Positions 54,491 to 64,000 of a stretch of 64,000 bases of DNA are shown here, one piece after another. Position 1 is the stretch's first letter. Every line of letters starts with the position of its first letter. The position numbers and the translations under genes are program-made. The notes below the pieces were generated by a model. The model ran no database searches, had not been told where the DNA came from, and was given only the letters and a program-made list of their open reading frames with translations. Origin of the DNA: Catajapyx aquilonaris (taxonomy: Eukaryota); NCBI GenBank assembly GCA_000934665.2, contig KZ538449.1, positions 1 to 64,000 of the forward strand, written 5' to 3'.

Positions 54491-56789
54491 AATGGTGTAT
54501 AATATTGATTACATCAATGGTTTCCATAGAAATATTGTGCCAAGTGGTGCACTTATGCTTCTCCATATGACAAATGGATAATTTGAATTCACTCTCTTCT
54601 GATTCCTCCACCCTCTAATGCACAAGAGCAGTGAACAATTACTGTATACAGAGGATCTAGATAATTATTCAGTGGCCCTGTCCATTTGACTGCTCCAAAC
54701 TAGTTACAGATTAGTTTTTTGGATTCCTACTAGCATTGTGCTGGGGACAGGGGCAACAGGGGTTCGAAGGTCTAGTCCATCTAGAACTAGTTTGGGGCAT
54801 ATTGGCAGACAGAGCCTGTAAAACATGCATTGAAATAACTGGAATAATTTCATATGACTGTAACTTTAAAATGTGCTGTTCATTAGAAAAACCTAATCAC
54901 TTCTAACATGGTACAATTTACTGTCAGATTGTTGCAATACTTAGAAAACTTGCAGATAATGAAAAAGTGCCACTCTTGCAGGAAATGTCAAGCCGTGTCT
55001 TGCACCCATGCAAATTAGACCTTTGGCGATCTTTTGATAATAGGCCTACCCATGAACCACAGAAGAAAGTGCTATGAATTTAACTGGCAAAAAAACCCTT
55101 GGGAGTTTTGTCATTGTGAGATTACAGAAACATTTCATTATTATTAATGTTTCAGTGTTAAAGGATGCAATGCAGTGCCATGTTTCCCAAATAGGTTTCA
55201 AAAATTAGTTTGTAACAGCTGCGACACTTCCATATGCAGTGCCCAAGTGGTGAAACAATCACCCTGTTTCAAACTAATATGTAGTCACATTGATTAAAAG
55301 AACACTAGCATGTCTGCAATTCAGATCTTTATATGGGGCCTTCAGAAAGTAATGTTACAAATTACACTGAAACTTTGCATCTAAGAGTTGGTTGAATGAA
55401 TGCAAATATACCTGCCCCTAGACACAGATTTTCATGACAGGACCAGTGGACAGAGCAGTTTGTGCAAGGGCTACTTAGGTGCCGGATATCAGTGTGATAC
55501 TATAATGAAAGCTCCTATTATGGAAAAATGTTGTGGTCTTGGGTGCGAGATAGGATTTTGCTTTAATTTTTCTCCGATTTTTCACAAACTGAGCGAACTA
55601 TGATTGGGGTTAGAAGTACATCAGACATGAGAGTGAAAAAGGGGTGAGATTTATGGGCAGAAATAAATTTTGAACAGTTACAATCTTACAAAATTAATAA
55701 ATCACAGCAAGTTTTAGAATGTGATAACAAATAGTGCCCACAGTATCAAACTGACCCCAGGTGAGCAGTACAAGATTCAAGATGAAATTTTCCAGTTTGT
55801 TGGATTAGGTACTGTGGCCTCCTATACATAATCGGGGATTTTTTCCTAATTTGTTTTCACACAACCAGCCCTAAATAATAGACCAAAAGTGGCTACTTGG
55901 TAATTCTAAACAGTAGAATCGCTTATAATTATTTTCTGCTACTACTTTGTTGATACTTGTTGACAGGTTGTTATCAAACTTCAACACGTCCAGAGGAAAA
56001 TGCCAATTAAGCATGGGTCATTTTACACAGCAACAATTTTAATATATTTAAAAACCATGTTCTCAGATGACGCGATCTCACATCGCTGTACATTGTCAAA
56101 ATGAATCTTTGTGGACAAGCTGCATTTCGAATATCACTGTCTTTCAAAAGCCAAGTTCGTGAAAACACATTTGAAATTCGTGCGTCAACTTCATAAGAAA
56201 TGAAAAAAATAAAAATAAAAAACACCAAAGAACTAGTATCAGCACTGACAGCTTATAAGCCTGACACATTTTTAAAGACGCATAATTCACACAAATAAAC
56301 ACAAGATTAATGAAGGGTGAATAAATGTGATTCGTTTACCCATTGCGAACCTCAAGGACCCCCTTTTTTGCGAGTTTACTTCTTCAGAAGAATCCCAGAT
56401 ATTTTTTCAGCACTCCAATATCGAGGAAAAGCGGCCATCTTTTTCCATGCGCAAGACACCATCCATCGATCGTTATTATCCAAACCGGTGTAAATTTAAT
56501 CATTTAAACACATTCCCACCGCTAACAGACACATTTAAAAGCGGAATTGTCATCATCAATTATTTACAATAAAAGTGACAGTGTATTCCACGACCAAGGA
56601 TTGTATAGATCGGTGCTCTACCGGGCAAATGTGCAAACACTCCATTCACTAGATCTCTGTTCCATCATGCCGGTACGCCCTCTGTGTGTAGATGCATGGG
56701 TTGCATATGAATTCTTAGAGGCCAACGCGGGAGAATGTAACGTTTCTTGAAGGTCTACCTGGTTCTACAACGAGTTCTACTGCTGTAAA

Positions 56790-57194
56790 ATGGCGACAGG
56801 GAACTCGAGGAAGAGGCGCTTTTCTGTAGTGGAGTCCGATGAGTCACGGTAGGCATGTTCGCATGGTAGTAGTTGCATTGAGGCAGTAATTTTGCACCCT
56901 TATGCTGAAACCTCCAGGAGTGTTCCTGCAGCCGAGTTGACGCAGCCAGCCACTAGCAAAGGCGGTGGGACGAAGAGGAGTGCTAGTCCGTCATTTGATC
57001 AGGCACAGCCAGGCACTAGCAAAGGCGGCGGGATGAAGAGGAGTGCTAGTCCGTCATTTGATCAGCCACAGCCAAAAGTGGAGCAGAAGAGGGAGGGCAT
57101 GTCAGAGGTAGTGCTTGAACACATACGGAAGAGAGTCACTGAAAAGGAGGAGAGACTTAGTACCCTCCGTTCAGCCAAATCACGTCGCTCTGAG
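56790..57194 (+). CDS. First two coding exons of an unidentified gene
   Basis: ATG in AAAATGGCG context. Exon 56790-56848 (MATGNSRKRRFSVVESDES), 69-nt GT-AG intron, exon 56918-57194 in matching phase 2 with a 21-aa tandem repeat and a coiled-coil-like end, then donor GAG|gtactt. Possible exon 3 starts at 57770 (WDLLHARVELNKC). Confidence 0.6.
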
Positions 57195-57229
57195 GTACTT
57201 TTGTGAGACAATATCCTGAGGGTGTAGAA

Positions 57230-57707
57230 CAGGGGTATTCAACTAGTTTCTGTCAAGGTCCAGTATTTACCTTTCCTGGGCCATTGAAGGTCTGGACCCC
57301 CCCCCCCCCNCCCCCCCCCCCAGGGGGGGGGGGGAATATATAGATTTTATATGGTACCACAGAGTTCATATTCGAAAACATAAACATGTGCAGCAAGGGG
57401 AGAAGGGCCTATCAAGACAGGGCATATTAAGACAATTTCGCCCTTTATGATGTCCTGTAAAGGCGCGTAGGCAGAAGAATTTCGGAGGGGGGCCCATTTC
57501 GTAAGCAAAAGGTGAACAAGCCGTAAAGGGCGGGGGTGAGGTGAGGAGCTTAGGTGAGATTTGATGAAATTGGTAGCACTTTTTCCAAAAAATCATGAAT
57601 TAGTAATTAATCATGCTATTTCAAACTGTCCTGTATATTGTCGCGGTCCGGACAAAATTGCGTCGCGGTCCGGATCCGGACCGCGGTCCGCCAGTTGAAT
57701 ATCCCTG
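57230..57707. mobile_element. hAT (Charlie-like) MITE
   Basis: TIRs CAGGGGTATTCAAC / GTTGAATATCCCTG and a perfect 8-bp TSD GTGTAGAA with central TA. Confidence 0.9.
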
Positions 57708-58354
57708 GTGTAGAACTTATGTGTGGGCCTAACTCTAATGCATCCGGTAGTTACTGCCTGTGTGTACAGTGGGACTTGCTCCATGCTCGTGTAGAACTGA
57801 ACAAGTGCAGTTGTCAGCTGGTATTGAAGGGTATAAACTATTCTCTGCAGTCTTACCTTCTCCAATGCATATCATGAGATGCTACATGGGCCTTGGTTGG
57901 ACACAGCCATTATTTTTCAAGTTTGGTGAATATGTCATCAACATATCATCACCATCACGACATTTCCCTATAAAGGGCAGCCAGTGATGACGGGAGCCAC
58001 AAGCCAACCCAAAAATATGAACGACATTAAAACTTGTAAAAATAAACCTATAAACAACCCCCCCCNNNNNNNNNNNNNNNNNNNNNNNNNNNNNNNNNNN
58101 NNNNNNNNNNNNNNNNNNNNNNNNNNNNNNNTCCCCCCCCCCCCCCCCCCGGAAGCGGAATCAGCAATTATATAGGTGAATATGTAACTAGTAGTTTTAG
58201 CAATAACGTTTGCGATGGAGTAGGGAGACCATGCCTTCCCAACAGAAGGTAGTGAGTTGGTGGGTAAGGTTGAATACCTCCTCATGCAGAGTCCCAGATG
58301 GTGGAGTTGGGTGGGGTTACCATAAAACATAACTCATGAATGGAATAAGTAGTA

Positions 58355-58406
<52 letters not shown>

Positions 58407-59359
58407 TGTTTTATTTCCCAGTGGGCCGGTGGCCCTTGGGTACTCCAATTCATACAATTTTTAGTACTTAAGTTTAGGTGTACAGGGTGTTTCAGAGTCA
58501 TGGGTCAAGCGCACGCGAGGGGGTGGGGAAAAATCGGGAAAAAACAAAAAGCATACATAATACAGCACAGTTTTTGATTATGAGAAAAGGTAGGTTTATT
58601 GGCAGAGAAAAAAAATCTGTTATACAGGGTTTCTGAGTTCGTGGGTTGTTCTTAGTTATCACTGATATTGCCTGAAGTAGTGTTATTTATGTGTAGAACT
58701 CTTGTTGTTCCCTGATCCAGGTGCCTTAGTACTATCAGGTGATTCAATGTAGAAGTTGTTGTAGAATAGGGCACCTGGATAGGGAACAACAATCTACAAA
58801 AAAATAACAGCTTCAAGCAAAATTTTCTATAACTATAGGCAGTGGCTCCCCAAGAATGCATGTCTGGCACCTCCCACATTTCAAATTTCCACAAACGACT
58901 CTAGATTGCCAGATGGCATAATTGACGTTTTTGAAAGAATGCGGTTAGTTTATAGAACAATTACATACAGGAGTGCATCATATCTTAATATCACCATATG
59001 ATAAGCACACAAGCACCTGAATAATATTTCCTTTGCCAGTGGAATATTTTTAGTGAGATAATATTCCCTTCACTTGGTACCCTCACTTTCTCCTTGGAGC
59101 ATGCGTGGAAATTTGAAAAGTGGAGGTGCCAGACATGCATTCTCAGGGAACTGCTGTCTATAAAAGATACCATGAACTGGGAACACCCTGTATTTTTTTG
59201 TTTTAAAGGCGACATCCTGGCCTTGGCTGCTAAGTCTCTCCACTTCTTTAGTTAACCTCAAAATGTCCATAGGTGTTGAAGTAGGATGCTGTTCTATATG
59301 AGCGGGATGTTTGGATGTGCAGAGGAGATGGATATTCTTAGGGATTTTGGTTCTACTGT

Positions 59360-60100
59360 ATAAAGGTCATTCAAATGAAAACGAGCCAAGGTCATAAGCA
59401 AACTCCCAAATGGGTTTCTCAGGACATCATCTACACCAAATGGTGGTACAGTACCACTGTAGTGTTATGACTCACTTGGTATTTCGGTCTTGTGACACAA
59501 TGGCAGTGTCCGTTTGTTCAGGATCCTCTGCCAAAAAGACAGTCCAGTCAGAGATGGAAGCATATGTTGAGCAGCGAGCTGTAATAAGTTTTTTTAACTT
59601 CAGAAGGGGCCACATTTTCTTCTCCCACAATGAATGAAATGGTGAACTTCCTTATAATACCACAGGAAATGCTCCAAGAGGACACCCATGTGAATGTCTT
59701 TCTGCACAGGTTCCGAATTGTGTGGCACCCACTGTAGGTCTTTCTGTACAGTACTCCAGACGATCCTGAATAATGGTGTGGACACACTCTCAACACTGAT
59801 TCCAGCTTTTATGGCAAGCACTTCCACTGTGATTCTTCTGTCTTTTGAATGTGGCTGTCAACTACTGCTAAGGAAACATTGGTGATCACACAGTTTGCTT
59901 GCCCTGGCCTGGAATCATCAGTCAACAATGACTGCCCCTCTGGGACCCACCCCATTCTTAAGCACATGACAGAGACATGCAGTTTTCATATACGATACTC
60001 GTGCCACATTGAATTTCTGTACTCCCGACACCTTTCATGGTTAAAAAACATGCTGCTGCTCGCTGCTCAGCATTTCATGCTCTTATATGACTGGCTGGTC
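59360..60100. mobile_element. Decayed, internally inverted mariner element
   Basis: Plus-strand N-terminus MEAYVEQRAVISFF and minus-strand AGISVESVST..WVPH segment. Ends are approximate. Confidence 0.55.
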
Positions 60101-61224
60101 TTTTTGACAGGGGGGTCGTGAACAAAGGCACACTGTACGTCACTGTATCACATTATCTAATTGCCAACTGTCAGTGGGTGGTAATGCTACAGCAATACCA
60201 CTTTCATTTTGTGCCACAAGAAACCCATCTGAAAACATGCTATATGACCATGTCTCATTTGCGTTTGAATGACTCGTATACAAATGGTCACTCTCAATCA
60301 ATGGTGGGTTACCAGTGATGGCCAAGGACTTTCCCCTGGCCATCTCATATGACCAGTATAATATAGTATATCTTCTGGTGACTGCTCAGGCCATGCAGAG
60401 AATATAATGAAATGGTGATGATGAAAACTATGACAAGAACACACACACACACATACAAAAAATTATAGAGTGTAAATACACAAAGGTATATATCAAGACA
60501 ATGTAGACAAATATGGACCCTCAGGTTGACGGCCATCCCACCAAGATGTCAGTTGCATCCTCGAGATCAGACGGCTCTCTACTGACGGAAGCGATGGAAC
60601 TGGGGCAAGGAAAACCGTCATAAGTTTATAAGGTGGTGTTTTATAATATTCTAAATTTATAATGTCCAAATTGTTTTTAAATGGTTTGCACAATAATATA
60701 AATCCTTGATATTGCTAAAGCACCACTCTTTCCTGATTTTTTGATTTTTGATTAGACGATGCAGAGAGCAAGAATGTTTTTCATTCAAAGGCAAAATGTG
60801 AGGGCGGTTCGATAATATACTTATCTATCTGAGTATGAAAGAGGAGAGATGCATGCCTGAACTTATGCATACATCTGCATACATGTCTTGGGGTGACTCA
60901 TACCAAATCACAGCTCAGTGGGTTGTTTTAGCTGTGAGTGGCAGGATGTCAGATGAGAATACTTGCCTCTCAGTACTTAAAAAAATAAAAAATCCAAAAA
61001 ATCTGAAACACTTCCAGTCCTAAGCACTTTAGATAAAGGATTCTCCACCTGAATTATAACCAAGGGCAACCACATGAGCAAGTAGCTATCTAGGTAGGGC
61101 TTTGTAAAGGTATAAAAGTAATTTAAAATTTGGGATGATTTAATTTAATAATTTGAGTTTGTCTTGTGGAATATTGCTGGATTAATGGAAGTGATTTTGT
61201 TGACTGCAAACAAATCAGACTTAC

Positions 61225-61885
61225 TTAGTCCTGGACCTAAGCGCAAAAATCAGACCTAACTCTGCACTTTGTGATAAGAAAGGTGCCACTTGGCAATCAT
61301 GTTCCCCAGGCCTATAAGAGCCATTTGAGAGTTGGCATCACCTAATCGGCCCCTTATGTCACAAGTTATGCGGTGTTGCCTACCTGGTCCAGGACCTAAG
61401 CGTTTTAACGCGGCACTTTGTGATAAGAAGGTGCCACTTGGCAGACACGTTCTCAAAGCCTATAGGAGTTATTTGACATATTGCGCCACCTGTTCGGCCC
61501 CTTAGGTCACAAGATATGCGGTGTTGCCAAGAAGGCCAACGCATGAGGCTCAAAACATGGAAATGCCCTAAAGGCCGGATAAAACAGCATGAAAATGGCA
61601 GAAAATGATACACATCCACTCCGCCGATGTATTACAAGGTAATGAGGTGACACCTGTCCATAACGGACCCTGAGTGTAGTGAACACCTGTCAATTGTGGA
61701 ATTTTCTGGAAACTTGGGTATATGCAGAGGACATGCAATGTTTATTTTTTAAATTTTTACATACAGGACTGATTAGGTGGCACCATATCTCAAATGGCTC
61801 CGATATGCCTAGAGAACATGTCTACCAAGTGGCACCGTCTTATCACAAAGTGTTGAGTTAAAACGCTTAGGGCCCGGACTAACTG
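61225..61885. repeat. Two ~150-bp direct repeats plus one inverted copy
   Basis: GGACCTAAGCG..CACTTTGTGATAAGA..GTGCCACTTGG at ~61233 and ~61392, reverse copy at ~61770-61880. Confidence 0.7.
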
Positions 61886-62302
61886 GTTTGATGTTGGGGC
61901 GGTATGGCACAGTACTGTTCATAAAGTATGGTACGACTCCAGCATGTTTTTAGCAGTCATCCTGAAGTCCGGGAAAAGGGAATGAAAATAAAATAAAAAA
62001 GAGAAGATAAAAACAAAGCAAAGTAGGAAAATTTTAGGGGGGAAATTCACATCAAATCTACATAAGAATTGCACCTAGTTGAACATTTTGGTAATTAAAA
62101 TATTCATTTAAAAATCGGGATGGGTCATACAAGTCACCAGAGGTCCAGAAAAGGTTGTCCATAGGGTTTCTTTGAAATAAGGTTGGGAATAATGCTGGAT
62201 AATAATCAGGATGAACATTTCGTCCATGGAGTTGTACCATTATTTATGAACGAGACTGTACAGGTACTTCCAATTTTACGCCATTTTGTTTTATGCTGTT
62301 TA

Positions 62303-62796
62303 CCGAAGCAGTGGTAGCGGAGGGGATATGGTATCCGACTGCTAATCGGGAGGTCCTGGGTTCGAATCCCGGTGGCCGCCGACCCTGACCGTGGTTTTCT
62401 GTGGTTTCCCATGGTCTCACCAGGAAAATTCCGGGGTCGTGTCCGTAATTATAGGCCACAGCCGCTTCCTTCCGTCCCTATCCCATCCCCATATACGAGA
62501 AGTAAAAACGAAAGGGGGCGGCATGGTGGTCTAGCAGCTACGCCGGTGGCCAGCCAAGCGGGAGGCCGGGGTTCAAATCCCGTCCCCGTCACCTCTGCTT
62601 GGCTGGGTCTTTTTCCGCTTTTCACCCGACATGCCGGGGCAGAATTGCACTCCCTATCTGCCCGGGGCCAGTAGAAAAGGCCTGGTGTTTTTCACAAGTC
62701 AGAAATGACTCAAAAATTACAGCGCCCTCCCTAGGGAACCTCCCCTTCCCCCCTAAGAGGGCCCATGGCTCTAGCACGGGGTACAAATTATTATTA

Positions 62797-62840
<44 letters not shown>

Positions 62841-63266
62841 TTATTTTATTTATTTTTTAGATATACCCCGTGCTAGAGCCATGGGCTCTCTTAGGGGAGT
62901 GGAATACCACTATGTGCAGGGATAGGGTGGAGATAGGAGGGGGGGACACTGGTGCATGTGCAATGTCATCAAGTTGGGGGTCGTGTGCAGTCCCTCAGGG
63001 GGCCCGTTCGCCAAGATGCGAGTTAGAAACTCCCGACTAACCCGCACCTCCTCCAGGACAGGGAAAGGAAGGAAGCGGCTGTGGCCTATTTTACGGTACG
63101 ATCCCGGAAATTATTCCTGGGGTGACCTTGGAAAACCACAGAAAACCAAGGTCAGGACCGCCGGCCTCCGGGACTCGAACCCAGGACCTCCCGATTAGCA
63201 GTCGGATACCATATCCACTCCACCACTACTGCTTCGGTTTATTATTATTATTATTATTGTTGTTGT
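62303..63266. mobile_element. Composite SINE cluster: family 3 (+), family 4 (+), family 3 (-)
   Basis: The whole block is flanked by the direct repeat GTTTTATGCTGTTTA. Confidence 0.8.
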
Positions 63267-63362
63267 TGTTTTATGCTGTTTAACATTAATTCCGGTTTAA
63301 AAGTGACATTTGAGAAAAAAACCTGATCTGAAAATTGTGACTAGTTTGAAAATAAAACAATA

Positions 63363-64000
63363 CAGTGCGCCCGCTTATTTGGACTACATGGGGGCTATGG
63401 CATTTTGGCCCAATAAAGCGGGGGTTCCATTAACCGGGGTTCATGTGAAACAACGGGGGCAGGGGGGGGGAGTGCAAAAAATTAGACTGCACTACCAGCT
63501 TTAATCCTCAAAAATGATTGCGCAACAGGTGAAGGTATAATCGTCATATAAAAGTGACTGTGTCATGCAAATGTCATGGAAGTGCAAAGTACTGTACGAG
63601 TGTACAGTAATGTTGTAGTACTCACTCCGCTGTAAAAATGGTCTAGTAACACCTGCCGGGTTCTTGTTTTTGACTTCATGTTAACAAAGTCTGCGCAGGT
63701 GTCGAGTGCAGTCACAGTACCGCCATCATTCCCTACTCGCATAAAAAATTGTCTTAAAATAGCCACAGAATTCCACGCTTCTCTGGCTGTCACTGGAATA
63801 GGCGCAGGTGTTTCATCCTCCTCCTTTTAGTACTTGGCCGCCACTTGATCAATAATGGCATGTTCCACCCTGGATGCACTACTGTAAATGACTTTGGAAT
63901 GGTCCCTAATCACAAGCCCTACAGGTGTTATGTGCAGTACAGTAGTATAGCATTATAGCAACCAAACTGGTCCGACTAACCGGGGAAATTACCAGCTATG
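63363..64000 (-). mobile_element. Tigger/pogo-like remnant
   Basis: TA|CAGTGCGCCCGCTTATT terminus. ORF 63563-63793 (TAREAWNSVAILRQFF..RQVLLDHFY) resembles a Tigger transposase C-terminus. Confidence 0.6.

Noticed and set aside
58066..58131. N run with poly-C flanks
   Set aside because: Assembly gap; ORFs spanning it are artefacts.

Overview
Eukaryotic, transposon-rich, intron-containing DNA, most likely from an insect or other arthropod (inferred from gene content, short GT-AG introns and tRNA-derived SINEs). Genes rebuilt by hand from splice sites: MED16 (minus, 8 coding exons visible, runs off the left edge); a HIRIP3-like CHZ-domain histone chaperone (minus, 3' exons 18197-20742, probable 5' exons 33020-38403); CRPPA/ISPD (minus, 5 coding exons, 43212-50480); and an unidentified spliced plus-strand gene starting at 56790. 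The rest is nested mobile DNA: Tc1/mariner, pogo, piggyBac-like, hAT and Harbinger MITEs, five tRNA-SINE families (one with a V-SINE-like core) and decayed LINEs. Main observations: (1) at least five short hairpin elements share termini (CARCCC... / ...CCATG) and 8-bp target duplications but carry different internal palindromes; (2) an old LINE appears to sit exactly in the splice donor that would join the two halves of the HIRIP3-like gene; (3) a CCTCCTGAGACC-ended element uses ATAT targets; (4) SINEs swap head, body and tail modules; (5) a near-perfect 380-bp intronic hairpin lies next to a splice acceptor. All coordinates were read by eye and no database search was run. No prokaryotic features or CRISPR arrays were found.
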